DNA of 63,930 nt, the filler included, from Octopus bimaculoides (Eukaryota): assembly GCF_001194135.2 (NCBI RefSeq). It is 8 parts of 8 records of this genome, joined end to end, with 100 filler letters (N's around TTAATTAATTAA, not from the genome) between each part and the next. Parts side by side here need not be neighbours in the genome. Positions count along the whole stretch, not along the records: positions 24,463 to 36,892 come from NC_068984.1; positions 36,993 to 59,794 come from NC_068983.1; 6 more parts are not named here. The stretch is one strand, 5' to 3'. A program made the position numbers and the translations under genes. Position 1 is the first letter of the stretch; the number at the start of each line of letters is the position of its first letter. The notes beneath the pieces were generated by a model. That model did no database searches. It was given only the letters and a program-made list of their open reading frames with translations, and had not been told where the DNA came from. This document shows, piece after piece, positions 24,718 through 37,579 of the stretch.

Positions 24718-25042
24718 CTGGCACTCCGTCGGTCTCGACGACGAGTGTTCTGCTTGATCGGATCAACAGAACAGCCTGCACGTGAAATTAACATGCAAGT
24801 GGCTGAGCACTCCACAGACACGCGTAGCCTTAACGTAGTTCTCAGAGAGCTTCAGAGTGATAAAGAATGTGACAAGGCTGGACCCTTTGAAATACAGGTA
24901 ATACTCATTTTAACCAGCTGAGTAGACTGGAGCCACATGAAATAGAGTATCTTGTTCAAGGACAGATCGCGCTGCCGGGAATCGAACTCACGACCTACAA
25001 TCGTGAGTCGGATACCTCTAACCACTAAACCACGCGGCTTCG
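24718..25042 (-). mobile_element. SINE family D (tRNA head, CORE-like box, long 3' region)
   Basis: GGGAATCGAACTCACGACC..ACCACTAAACCAC is a reversed tRNA-like head, followed by ATGAAATAGAGTATCTTGTTCAAG and a long tail. Confidence 0.7.
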
Positions 25043-25092
25043 CCAGAATTTAATAATAAAAATGTTACAAGAATTTAAAGTTAGGTATTTAT

Positions 25093-25166
25093 AGCCAATC
25101 GGAAGCCTTCATTTGGCAGCATGTCACTGTTGCCATAGAGATCCGGATCGCCGTTGCCATGGAGAT
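25093..25166. promoter_or_regulatory. Candidate NF-Y CCAAT box plus two tandem RFX X-box-like sites
   Basis: AGCCAATCGG at 25093, GTTGCCATAGAGAT at 25129 and GTTGCCATGGAGAT at 25153, in non-repetitive sequence. Confidence 0.4.
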
Positions 25167-25805
25167 TCACAGATGTAGCTCTTTTATTGAACTTAAGACT
25201 CTCAAAAATTGTAAACAGAGTTTAAACATCAATCGTTGTTTACAATTTCATTAAGAAAAAAGAGCAAATATTTTTAATATCGATCTGTGGTGCCCATTAA
25301 GTGTTTCGAAGATTGTGAGTTCGATCGAAGGTTACACTCGATGCACAATGTTTCATCATTTTTGTTTGGTGTTTTAAACTTAGTTTATAATTTTCGACAA
25401 ACGTGAGCTCAATAAAAGATTTACATTGCGATTCTCCAAGAGAATGGGCGATCATACAGAAAACCAACGGTGCTGTGGCACAATGTGTCGTCCCTCGTTC
25501 TTTTTAAACGTTGTGGAAAGTAGCTTAAGGAAGATTTGGGAGCTATTTCTAGCAGGTCGGGAGGGTATGTAGAGTTACTTGCGGAAATCAACACAGACGA
25601 CATGCCGCCAAATGGAGGTTGCCGGTTGGCTAAAAATACATAGTTTTAAGCACTTATGACTTCTTTCTTACTAATATCTAGACAAATGAATGCAATTTCC
25701 GTCCTCAGCATGCAAATTTACATCAGAAGTACATATTTTGAAAAGAATCTGCTGAAAATTTGAAAAACTTCAAGTGATTATCATGCGGGTGAACACACCC
25801 TCTCT

Positions 25806-25856
<51 letters not shown>

Positions 25857-26856
25857 TTCTCTCTCTCTCTTTCTCTCTCTCTCNNNNNNNNNNNNNNNNN
25901 NNNNNNNNNNNNNNNNNNNNNNNNNNNNNNNNNNNNNNNNNNNNNNNNNNNNNNNNNNNNNNNNNNNNNNNNNNNNNNNNNNNNNNNNNNNNNNNNNNNN
26001 NNNNNNNNNNNNNNNNNNNNNNNNNNNNNNNNNNNNNNNNNNNNNNNNNNNNNNNNNNNNNNNNNNNNNNNNNNNNNNNNNNNNNNNNNNNNNNNNNNNN
26101 NNNNNNNNNNNNNNNNNNNNNNNNNNNNNNNNNNNNNNNNNNNNNNNNNNNNNNNNNNNNNNNNNNNNNNNNNNNNNNNNNNNNNNNNNNNNNNNNNNNN
26201 NNNNNNNNNNNNNNNNNNNNNNNNNNNNNNNNNNNNNNNNNNNNNNNNNNNNNNNNNNNNNNNNNNNNNNNNNNNNNNNNNNNNNNNNNNNNNNNNNNNN
26301 NNNNNNNNNNNNNNNNNNNNNNNNNNNNNNNNNNNNNNNNNNNNNNNNNNNNNNNNNNNNNNNNNNNNNNNNNNNNNNNNNNNNNNNNNNNNNNNNNNNN
26401 NNNNNNNNNNNNNNNNNNNNNNNNNNNNNNNNNNNNNNNNNNNNNNNNNNNNNNNNNNNNNNNNNNNNNNNNNNNNNNNNNNNNNNNNNNNNNNNNNNNN
26501 NNNNNNNNNNNNNNNNNNNNNNNNNNNNNNNNNNNNNNNNNNNNNNNNNNNNNNNNNNNNNNNNNNNNNNNNNNNNNNNNNNNNNNNNNNNNNNNNNNNN
26601 NNNNNNNNNNNNNNNNNNNNNNNNNNNNNNNNNNNNNNNNNNNNNNNNNNNNNNNNNNNNNNNNNNNNNNNNNNNNNNNNNNNNNNNNNNNNNNNNNNNN
26701 NNNNNNNNNNNNNNNNNNNNNNNNNNNNNNNNNNNNNNNNNNNNNNNNNNNNNNNNNNNNNNNNNNNNNNNNNNNNNNNNNNNNNNNNNNNNNNNNNNNN
26801 NNNNNNNNNNNNNNNNNNNNNNNNNNNNNNNNNNNNNNNNNNNNNNNNNNNNNNNN

Positions 26857-26906
<50 letters not shown>

Positions 26907-27194
26907 TATATATATAGGAGGTTATGAGCTGTAGTGGTGTCAATGAAGCCCAGAGGTTTCAGGTAATGCTGAGTAAGTGCTATGGATAGACCACAGTTAA
27001 GCTCCAAGTTAAAACATACAAATCTGCACATGCACTGACTCGATATACTGCACATATACATACATGCAAAAATACCCTGTTGATGTTGTTGAATTACTCA
27101 TGAAGGCGCCTTGGGTCTAGGTTAGATATTGGCTCTTTCACTATTGGCAAGAAATCTTGAAATTAAACTGAATAATGACATACATACATACGAC

Positions 27195-27330
27195 GGACTT
27201 TGAAATTCATTCATAAGGCATTGGTCAACCCGGATCTTTAGTAGAAGATACTTGCTCAAGGTGCCACGTAGTGGGACCGAACACAAAACCACATGGTTGC
27301 AAAGCGACCTTCATAACATACAGACACGCT
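27195..27330 (-). mobile_element. SINE family B
   Basis: GTAGAAGATACTTGCTCAAGGTGCCACGTAGTGGGAC..ACCACATGGTTG. Confidence 0.75.
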
Positions 27331-28175
27331 TACGTTGTTTACTAAAGAGCAGAAAAAATATTCTTAAATTTGTTCAAGTTGTTCTCATTATTATAGCTTT
27401 GTTTCGAAAAACAATAGAATAACAGCGACATGAGCCACGACTGCAAACAGTAATAATCAACCTGAATTGGCATATCATTATGACTGACCATTAATAGAAC
27501 ACGAATGACTTGCATAGCTGCCTGAGTGCTTTTTATCACTACCACATTCTTGAAATTTCATTGAACCTATGTACTTACTCAATATCTTTGACCTACATTT
27601 AAAAAGGAAAAGAGGGAGAGACTGACAGAGAGATAGGCAAAAAAGCAGAGAGAAAAAAGAGAACAAGCTGGGTAGACTGATATCTACCCAGCTTGGTTTG
27701 GTCTATGCTGTTTTTCCTGTGACACGTCATTGCCACTTTCTTCAAGGACAGCATAGTGATGAGTCAAGCAGACGACATATAAACTATGGAGAGAAACAAG
27801 TTAGGAGCAGAATGCATTAGTTTCAAATTCGAAAGAAAGCAGCCACAGAAGTCTTTTCGAAATCACTGACCTAAATACAATATGTTATATTATCGATGTT
27901 TTTCATAATGACAAAAAAAAAAAAAAAAAAAGAAAGAAGATTTTCAAGCCATTGTTCTTAAGCAATTCGTACTTCCTACGACCTGGACACAAATAGATAG
28001 CAAATCCACGATAGTAATGCTGAACCAGTGTATGACTATTACGATAAGCAGATATTTATTGTCGCACACTCATTTAGTATATAAAGCACTAACAGAGATC
28101 ATATAAAACTTTGAAATCTATAAGTATACAGCTCACCTCGCATACATACATACATACATACATACATACATACAT

Positions 28176-28208
<33 letters not shown>

Positions 28209-28210
<2 letters not shown>

Positions 28211-28390
28211 CGACAGGGTGAACCTGAAAAGTTCTTGGCTTTAAGGGTATCGCGAAAGGGCCCGGTTGGCGGCCCAAATTTCTGGGTTCCTTTAAAAGGC
28301 TTAGAAAAACTCAAGGATCGTTGCAATAAGTGTGTGGATATTAGAGGGGATTATGCTAAATAAAATCCTAAGTCGTTGATCCTGGTTCAA
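28209..28390 (+). mobile_element. Internally deleted mariner-like element
   Basis: Starts TACGA..GGGTGA..AAAAGTTC (mariner TIR-like) and joins the transposase C-terminus LEKLKDRCNKCVDIRGDYAK* (RW.KC....GDY motif). Confidence 0.55.
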
Positions 28391-29171
28391 TGCTACTTTT
28401 CGGCTATATGCCGGTTTCCAGTATGTTGTTGTTGTCATTTGTTGTTGCTGTTGTTGTTGTTGTTGTTGTTGTTGTTATCGTTCGTTGTTTATTTGTTGAG
28501 ATTGTTTGCAATGACTTAAGGTGATTCGAAAAATTCAGATGCTTCCAGTACAGACGATCCAAGAATGAGCTGCGATGAAAGGAAATTTCATTCCGGAAAC
28601 AGGAAGTTTGTATTTCACTGATAACAAGCCTTTCTAACTGCCAGTTCATCATTATAGTGACGAAGCAGCACTCGATGCTGTTTTATCACATAGAACTTGT
28701 ACTTTAAAAAAAAAGTAGCCATTGATCTAATATTTCTCCCAAACAGTTCTGGAATATGAATTGCAGAATAAATTCCAAATTAACAAGATACAACTAACTT
28801 ATGAAGAAATAAAATCTCCCGGTATAATGTAACATAAAAATGATAACTTAACAAGCTTACATACGGTGCATCATCACGTAATTTAGTATAGCGTTTCATA
28901 TGGTTACAAAAGATGAAATGCCTTATAAAAAGCGCAACTCTCACTCACAAGCGAGTATGTCTTAATTGCGTGTACCATGCTTTCGTTTCATTGTTTTAGA
29001 TGTCCATGGAGTTGCGAGTGGATATAAGCACTTTCTTGCTACTCTCACTTTCGATCTAGCGGAGCATACGGGATGCAACAGTTGCAGGGTCATGGTTGCA
29101 GCTCTACTAGGCAAGTACTTATCGTCTGCTGAGTGCAAAAAGGCAACGTGAAATGATGTGATTTGCTCACA

Positions 29172-29280
29172 AATCATTGGTCGGCCGAGGTTACAGTAGA
29201 AGATACTTGCCCTAGGCGGAGCGCAGTGGAACTGAACCTGGAAGCATGTGGTTGTTAACAGAACTTCTTAACCATACAAC
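29172..29280 (-). mobile_element. SINE family B
   Basis: TTGGTCGGCCGAGGTTACAGTAGAAGATACTTGCC..GCAGTGGAACTGAACC. Confidence 0.75.
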
Positions 29281-29457
29281 TTTTTCATCAATGGGAAAGA
29301 ATTGTGTCATGCCTACAGAAAATATTTTTCTCTAGGCATAACAAAATCCTTCCCACTTCATGAAAAAGCTGTATAGTTAAGAATTTCTGTTAACAACCAC
29401 AGTAGAAAACAGTAGAGAACAGCCCGATAGGTAATATTTCTGTTAGTAATAATAATA

Positions 29458-29800
29458 AACCATTCTACTATAGGCACAATACCTGCAACTTTGTTTGTAA
29501 GTATGAAAAGCAATGTCAGCCTCGACAGAATTTGGACTCAGAATGTAAACCCGGAAGAAATGTCAAGGATCATTTTGTCCGGCGTAGTAATAACTCTGCC
29601 AACTCACCGCCTTAATTAACCTTTCCACTAAAGGCTCAGATCCTGAAATTTTGATGGAGAGGGCTAGTCGATTTCATCAACCCCGGTGCTCGATTTGTAA
29701 TTATTTTATCGACCCCGAAAGGATGGAATTTGAACTCAAAACGTAAAAATTGACGAAATACATTGAGCGGTTTGTCCGGTATACTAATAGTTCTCCCAGT
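29458..29800 (-). mobile_element. Two head-to-tail SINE family A copies (about 29458-29612 and 29622-29800)
   Basis: Two AATTTG(G/A)ACTCA(G/A)AA B-box reverse complements, each with its own tail. Confidence 0.7.
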
Positions 29801-30199
29801 TCTTCGTCTTCGTTGCCTCACTAATGTTACCAATTTTTAGTGATAACTTCCTAACAGTGTAACGCATGTGCTAACTTCTGGAGTAACAACCAGAATGATA
29901 ATATTTTTTCCTCTCGATTCTAATAAATTTAACAAGAGGGAAAATACAATACAGGCACACAAGTGGTAATATTTTAGTTTTAATGAACCTAGAAAATTAC
30001 AAGGCAAGAATAAATGAAAGCTTTAAAGTATTGTAGATGAAGTTGGAACTTAAATTTGATAATATGCCTTTTTGTTGGGTTCAAGTGGAAAAAAATTGGA
30101 GAAAAGATTAAGACAAGTTAGGGTGTTCTTGAGCAGTATATGGTGTGGGTAACGGGTTGAAGCTGAAGGGCTTATTTTCTTTCCCCCATAGCGCCCTCT

Positions 30200-30720
30200 C
30201 GTCTGTGCATGACTAACCGAGATCACACCCAATGCTTTATGCTGTGTCTGAGAAAGATCATTTAAGCTTTGTGCACTTTGAGGAAGAGGGTTTGTTGGTC
30301 AAGCTTTAAATATATCGTGAGTGTTCGAGGAGTGTTTCTGGGTATCAAGAGCCCAAAAATGATGGGTTTCCAGAGTTTTATAGGCATAGATTTCAAACCC
30401 ATTGCCTGTACTGAGGATAATTTTCATTCTTTTTAGCAAAAGAAGATTGCCCACTTCCTGAAGCCACTACACCATTTATCTCTCATTATTTTTGAGTTGA
30501 CAGGATACTACTGCCTATTTGATTGTTTCTTGGCAAGTTAAACCGCATCCTAGTTACTCCCCCGTCACCACCGATGAGCACATATTTCTGTGTGCCTAAG
30601 TGTTGGATCAGTTTGGTTAGAAAAACAGGAATGGAAGGTTGGTGTTTTTTTTTTTTCAATTTTGAAAAACAGGGTACATCTTCATCGAAGGTGAGTGCTT
30701 CAATGTCTACCAATCATCCA
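30200..30720 (-). mobile_element. Very degenerate LINE apurinic-endonuclease remnant
   Basis: KIQHLGTQKYVLIGGD (GDFN-like), HSRYI (SRIDY-like) and FSDTA (SDH-like) occur in the expected order, with many stops. Confidence 0.35.
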
Positions 30721-31439
30721 CCATATTCTATTTTATTATGAGTAAACAGAGAAATTTTAAATAGGATTTTCCTCATAAGAGCGATATAATCCAAGGAGGG
30801 ATTATACATTTGAATGAAACTAGCAACAGTTTTTTTCTTATTATTTCAACTCCATCTTCTGCTGTAATATTTTTAACTCTGCATTTCATTTTGTCCTTTC
30901 TTTTTTATGTTCAATCAATTAAAAATATTGACATTCTTGCATGCACATTTTCCCTGCTAATCTACTCTTTTTACAGGCAACGCGTTTCCCTGATAAAAGA
31001 AATTAAAAGTTATCGGGACAAAACGATCGTATTTATTATTTTAATTATTCATATTGGTTCATTTTTACAATTTAGTGCAAAAGTTAAGATAGAAAACAAT
31101 TCTTGATTTAACAATCGTAAAATAAATTCTATTTTGAAAACGACAATTGAAATGTAATATTTAATAACCTTAAATTGGTATAATTATATTTCAAATCTGA
31201 GAATAATCTTGTTCTTAAAGATTTTTGGTGTTTTTACTAAATTTGAATGAAAAATTATATCTTCTGCATTTAAACTATTATTTTAGATACCTAAAAGACC
31301 GATTTTCCCACCTTAAAATCTGTTTTCTACAGATTAAATATACATAGTTACAAAATATGGGAAAATAGGAAAATTTTTAGTTTGAACAACACTACGCTCC
31401 AAAAATCTTATAGCGTAGGGTAATTTAAAGTACAAATTT

Positions 31440-31720
31440 CTCCAAAAGATATCATTAAATGCTTTCAGCGAATTAGAAGACATTGTACCTGATATATTAA
31501 TTGCTTTAAGAACATTTCTAACGTTGACAGTAACTGTCGCAAGCCGCGAGAGAATTTATTTTATTTTTCAACTTAAATTCACCAAACCTTGTTTACAATC
31601 AAGAATGTACACAGTCTAACTCTGTAGGCCAGATACAATTTCTCTTGAAGAACACGATGCAAGACATTTGTGTAAACGTCTGCGGGGAAAAGGACAAAGA
31701 AAGTTAATTTTTGAAGGAAA
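31440..31720 (+). mobile_element. hAT transposase C-terminal dimerisation-domain remnant
   Basis: VPDILIALRTFLTLTVTVASRER matches the FPN..IALRI.LT.PVT.AS.ERSFS motif, followed by a basic C-terminal tail. Confidence 0.6.
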
Positions 31721-32015
31721 CATACAATTCAAGGACATCTATTGTCTTATTAAATTTCTTCTAAAATTTCTATGTCCTTTGTGTTATAATGATCGCTGTT
31801 AGATATTTCTTTTAGTACAACTCGTAGTACATAGAACATTACAGTTCGTTGAGTGGCAACGAACATGATAACGAAGCCAAGATACACGAGAAGTGGAAGT
31901 ATACAAGATAATAAAAATTTGTTGATGTGTGATAGTGCTTCACGTTGTTTTACAGAGCTGTTAGAAGGTTATACAGCAAATAGCATTTAGATAAACACAC
32001 ACAGACACACACACA

Positions 32016-32059
<44 letters not shown>

Positions 32060-32270
32060 CTCTCACTCGGCTAACATCCCAACGCACTCGTTCACCGAAA
32101 GAGTAGTCCCAGCGCTTATACTCTTTTTGCGTTAGATTACTGTATTCATTTAAGAGAGGGTTAATATTTTCGTCTCCTTTCTCTGCACTTGCTCGCTGAG
32201 TTTTATCAACATTTGTCATTAACTTCATTCAGCTGCTTTGTTTCTAAACGGCTATAATTAGCGCTTCGTT
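32060..32270 (-). mobile_element. R4/Dong-type LINE remnant (zinc-knuckle region)
   Basis: EALIIA..VDKTQRAS..GDENINPLLNEYSNLTQKEYKR..VRWDV resembles ESLLIAAQ..DKTQ..C..C....ETINHIISECSKLAQKEYKxRHD..IHW. Confidence 0.65.
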
Positions 32271-33249
32271 TNNNNNNNNNNNNNNNNNNNNNNNNNNNNN
32301 NNNNNNNNNNNNNNNNNNNNNNNNNNNNNNNNNNNNNNNNNNNNNNNNNNNNNNNNNNNNNNNNNNNNNNNNNNNNNNNNNNNNNNNNNNNNNNNNNNNN
32401 NNNNNNNNNNNNNNNNNNNNNNNNNNNNNNNNNNNNNNNNNNNNNNNNNNNNNNNNNNNNNNNNNNNNNNNNNNNNNNNNNNNNNNNNNNNNNNNNNNNN
32501 NNNNNNNNNNNNNNNNNNNNNNNNNNNNNNNNNNNNNNNNNNNNNNNNNNNNNNNNNNNNNNNNNNNNNNGCACACCTTTGCTCTTTTTGTTTTTTGTCG
32601 CTGACCTGACAAGACTTTTTTTTATGGTTCCTGACAGTGCTTAAAATAAATTTTGACAATTCTACCTTTTCAAAAGTATATTCTTCGTTTGGATTAACAC
32701 GCGCGCACGCACACACACACACACTCTCTCTCCCTCTCTCTCACACACACATACACACACAGAGACGCACACACATGTAACACGCGCACGCACACACACA
32801 CAAGTTAACACACGCACGCACACGCATGCACACGCACGCATACGCACACGCACGCACGCACACACACATACACACACACACAGAGGATATTCTCAACGTG
32901 TGGATTTTATTTTTTTACTAAATTAAACGAGTTAAGTGGGTGTTTCTAAGTTTTTGCGTTTTTATTTTTCTGAGATTTTGTAAACAATGGCTTCCAGGCT
33001 GGCTACAAAAAGATACACCCTCAACACACAGAAAACTAAAGCAAAAATTCAACCAGCAGATATTTGTAACGAAAAAATGGAAAAATTGTTCCTTTGTCAA
33101 AACAAGAGACACACGAAAAATATGTTGACATAATGAAAAATAGTAACTTTATTAGCGTTAACAACAGAATATGTATACAGGCTTTACGTCAGGTAGTTTT
33201 GTGTTCGTTTTCTAGTGTCATCTGTCAACACAGACAAATTAAAATGAGT

Positions 33250-33362
33250 TAGGTAGTCAGTCAGTCAGATAGTTAGGTAGTTAGCTGGCTAGCTAACTAG
33301 TTAGTTAGTCAGTCAGTCAGTTAGTCAGTTAGTTAGTTAGTTACTTCGTTCGTTCGTTAGTT
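33250..33362. repeat. Compound (GTTA)n/(GTCA)n tetranucleotide repeat
   Basis: Direct reading. Confidence 0.85.
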
Positions 33363-33699
33363 AGTATTGAGGCGTCCATTTGTCTGACTTAAGAAGACGC
33401 TAGTTTCCTAATTATGTTATTGAAAGGGAAGAGACATCATCGTGACGGTCACAGGGAATTTTGTATCGTTGGGGACACAGTCGGGGCAGATGGTACAGAA
33501 GAAAGTGGTCAAAGACAACAATAGTAAACAGCAGCGATCACACCTCTGCGACAGGTTGGAGGATCAGTTACCTTCTCGGTTTCAGAAGCCGCCGAGCGAG
33601 ATCACTCCACCTCCTCACACAAATGATAGTTCTAACATCAGGAGATAATGGGTGTTATAATAGAAACAGGGTATGAGTGGAAAATTACTTAAAAAATAC

Positions 33700-33790
33700 A
33701 TCGTTTATTTTTTTTGCCGAACCGTTAAGTTACGGAAACGCTAATAAACCAACATCGGTTGTCAAGTTGTGGTGGTTGTGGTGGGAAAAC
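33700..33790 (-). mobile_element. SINE family C fragment
   Basis: TTTGCCGAACCGTTAAGTTACGG..CATCGGTTGTCAAG. Confidence 0.7.
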
Positions 33791-33857
33791 ACAACCACTG
33801 ACTTATACAAAATGAAGTGTACACAATTACATTCCAATATTCATATACTTTCAAGAC

Positions 33858-34070
33858 AGCGAGCTGGCAGAATCGTTACCGCGCCGGGCAAAATGCTTAT
33901 CGATATTCTGTCCGTCTTTGCGTTCTGGGTTCAAATTCTGCCGGGGTCGACTTTACTTTTCATCCTTTCGGAGTCGATGAAAATACGTACCAGTTGAATC
34001 TTAGGGTCGATGTAATCGACTTACCTCCGCCGCCCAAATTGCTGGCCTTGTGCCAAAATTTGAAACCAAT
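33858..34070 (+). mobile_element. SINE family A, full length, tail type 3
   Basis: GCGAGCTGGCAGAATCGTTA head through GGCCTTGTGCCAAAATTTGAAACC tail. Confidence 0.85.
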
Positions 34071-34280
34071 ATATATACTATTGCTATTGAGTATGAAACT
34101 ATAGCACAATACATTAGGTGTCAGGCATGGAAGAGAATTTCATTTCTTACATGGAAAATAACTTTTCAAAAGAAATCCAACACTTCTATTTCACAGAAAA
34201 AGACCCAAAAACCTTTCATTAAGAACAATTCTGGGTCAATTACAGTTAGTCTTTAGTCAGGGCAACGCTGAGTATGTTGT

Positions 34281-34690
34281 TAATACATACATACGTACGT
34301 ACATACATACATACATACATACATTCGTACATACATAAATTTGTACGTTCATACATACATAAATTCCTACATACATACATTCATACACGCAAACATAGAT
34401 ATGTACATATGTACACACACACACACATAGATATGTACATACGTACCTACATACATGCATACATACGTACGTACATACATACATACATACGTAGTTTTGT
34501 ACGCACACACGTACGTACATACATACATACATACATGATGGCTGCCCCCTCGTTATCGAGTATGGCCATTGCTCGAAGCACATACATACATACATACATA
34601 CATACATACATACTTCGTAATTACGTACATTCATATTCATATTCATGCAGTTACATATACACACTTATATAAATACATATATATATACAC
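34281..34690. repeat. Degenerate (TACA)n microsatellite tract
   Basis: Direct reading; explains the MYVC/HTYI ORFs. Confidence 0.9.
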
Positions 34691-35861
34691 ACGCATAGGT
34701 ACAGGCGGCCATATTGGAACTGTACTCCGTACTAACTAGCTTTACTCATCAGTCTCAGAGTCAGCACATACGCGTACACTCCCTTTTATGTTTTCCACAG
34801 TCTCCACCACTGTAGTTCTTTGTCTACATCGGAAACTTTATCCATCTTCACACCGTACATGTTCTGTCATTCATAATAATTGCATTTCAATCCCCCAAAG
34901 GAGTCAACCCATCACAACAACATTTTCAAGTTCGCCCCCCCCCGATCCACACCTCCTGTGATATAATATCTGAAGATTACTGAATATCATCTAACGCTGA
35001 TGGGGAAAGCTGTACACCGTGTCAATGGTGCCACACTTTATTTCTTCTTTCAATATATTATCTAACATTTTCGAGTGTAAAATGATAAAAAAAAAGAAAA
35101 AGAAAAAAGCTTGTCTTTCTAGTGAGACAATATGTCGCATTAGGCGTATAGGTGGGACGACGGTGACTCACTTTTGGCCAGATTCACATAAACAAAATCC
35201 AAGTAACTGGAATAAAAAAGGAGAAAAAAAAAATACAGAGCCAGAAACAGAAAAAAACGAAACGAAACGAAACACAAACATAATCAAAAACTGTTTATAT
35301 GTATTTCCTATGTACTCCTTCTGTTGGTTGTGTCAGAAGAGTCTGTATACAATTACGTAGAGAATGTTGCATGTATTATGTTGTTTGTGGATTGTGAATA
35401 TATGTTTGGGATACGAACGTGTGTGTGTGTGTGTGTGTGTTCAGGGTAATTAAAGTATAGCCTATATAAGTTATCTCCTCATTTTACACACCACTCTTGC
35501 AACGACCATTACCGCCATATCAATGAAAAGTTTATTGTCTTGTCCAGTAGATTTATTTCTCTCCCCCNNNNNNNNNNNNNNNNNNNNNNNNNNNNNNNNN
35601 NNNNNNNNNNNNNNNNNNNNNNNNNNNNNNNNNNNNNNNNNNNNNNNNNNNNNNNNNNNNNNNNNNNNNNNNNNNNNNNNNNNNNNNNNNNNNNNNNNNN
35701 NNNNNNNNNNNNNNNNNNNNNNNNNNNNNNNNNNNNNNNNNNNNNNNNNNNNNNNNNNNNNNNNNNNNNNNNNNNNNNNNNNNNNNNNNNNNNNNNNNNN
35801 NNNNNNNNNNNNNNNNNNNNNNNNNNNNNNNNNNNNNNNNNNNNNNNNNNNNNNNNNNNNN

Positions 35862-36186
35862 TGGCACCTTGGGCAAGTGTCTTCTACTATAGCCTCGGGT
35901 CGACCAAAGCCTTGTGAGTGGATTTGGTAGACGGAAACTGAAAGAAGCCCGTCGTATATATGTATATATACGTGCGTTTGTGTGTCTGTGTTTGTCCCGC
36001 CCCTACCCAACATCGCTTGACAACCGATGCTGGTGTGTTTACGTCCCCGTAACTTAGCGGTTCGGCAAAGGGGACCGATAGAATAAGTACTAGGCTTACA
36101 AAGAATAAGTCCTGGGGTCGATTTGCTCGACTAAAGGCGGTGCTCCAGCATGGCCGCAGTCACATGACTGAAACAAGTAAAAGAGT
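35862..36186 (+). mobile_element. Composite SINE B+C, near consensus
   Basis: GGCACCTTGGGCAAGTG..GAAGCCCGTCG, then a TA/TG spacer, then the complete C part. Confidence 0.9.
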
Positions 36187-36257
36187 ATCTTTACAATTAA
36201 AAACTTTTAGGAATTGTTTATTAAAAAAATCAAAATACATTGGATATTATAGAAGTA

Positions 36258-36377
36258 CAGTAATCCCTTAATCATCGCGGGTGTTACGTTCCAAAATCTC
36301 CCGCAGAAATAATTAAAATCTAAAAAAATATAAATACCTATCGGCCGCGGAAACCTGCGATATACTGAGGATTCTAT
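36258..36377 (+). mobile_element. pogo/Tigger-like MITE remnant
   Basis: TA-CAGTAATCCCTTAATCATCGCGG is a Tigger-like TIR; a degenerate inverted copy CCTGCGATATACTGAGGATTCTATG lies about 100 bp downstream. Confidence 0.45.
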
Positions 36378-36582
36378 GTCTACGGGCTCCCCTGCCTCCC
36401 TCCCCACCAATGTAATGCGTTTCAAAATATGCCATACGTCCTTGTGGCAAGCCTTCGTCATCCACAAGCTCTATAAAAGCATCCATGGTGTGTGGAGGCG
36501 GGATGAATGCAAGTGCCATAAGGTACTTTACTTTTGTGTTAAAATCACTATCAGTTGATAGCGTATCTTAAGCTCAATATCT

Positions 36583-36752
36583 CTTTTACTTGTTTCAGTC
36601 ATTTGACTGCGGCCATGCTGGAGCACCGCCTTTTAGTCGAGCAAATCGACCCCAGGACTTATTCTTTGTAAGCCTAGTACTTATTCTATCGGTCTCTTTT
36701 GCCGAACCGCTAAGTTACGGGGACTTAAACACACCACCATCGGTTGTCAAGC
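36583..36752 (-). mobile_element. SINE family C, near consensus
   Basis: Reverse complement of 36017-36184 with only a few differences. Confidence 0.9.
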
Positions 36753-36892
36753 TGTAAGGGACGACCGTGCGAACTCAAAAAGGAGAAATGGTGACGAATG
36801 GAAAAAACAGAGGACTCCTTTTATTTAAACGTGTCACACGGTCGAACATACAAATATATATATCAAATGATGATATACATGATATGTTATGC

Positions 36893-36992
36893 NNNNNNNN
36901 NNNNNNNNNNNNNNNNNNNNNNNNNNNNNNNNNNNNTTAATTAATTAANNNNNNNNNNNNNNNNNNNNNNNNNNNNNNNNNNNNNNNNNNNN
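36893..36992. other. Artificial 100-nt scaffold spacer
   Basis: 44N-TTAATTAATTAA-44N. Confidence 0.95.
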
Positions 36993-37030
<38 letters not shown>

Positions 37031-37526
37031 TAAGAGGAATGACCAGCAAATGTGGATGCCTATATGCTAGAAATAGATGCCGAATCATCCAACGACGAAA
37101 GAAATATGTTCTCAGTAAGAAAATTAGCGACAAAAACAGACTGTAAACGAGCAAGACAAATGAAAAAAATACTAAATTAAAAGACGATTAACCTACGTAC
37201 CATGGTTTCACCTGTTAAAATTTACATAAGTAAATATCTGCAGAACCGTCAGCGTAAGTCTGTCGATATGAGAATATAATTTCCAGAACTAGACACAAGA
37301 CGTCCATCCATAAAGGAACACGTGTAGAAGTTCTGTTAATTACATTCAGTGTATCCTTTCAAATGTCTTCAATCTGACGCGCTAAGTCCGGAAATAATTC
37401 TGCAGTTAATAAGTTACTGCAGCTAAATTTACCGGTAATTTTAATCCTCGGATTTTTATAATATGCTAGACCACTGGTTTTAATTGATTAATTTCAATTT
37501 CTACCCTCATTAATTAATTTTATATA

Positions 37527-37579
<53 letters not shown>

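Noticed and set aside
33430-33648. GC-richer 70-codon open frame
   Set aside because: No recognisable domain, weak splice signals, and the length is within chance expectation.
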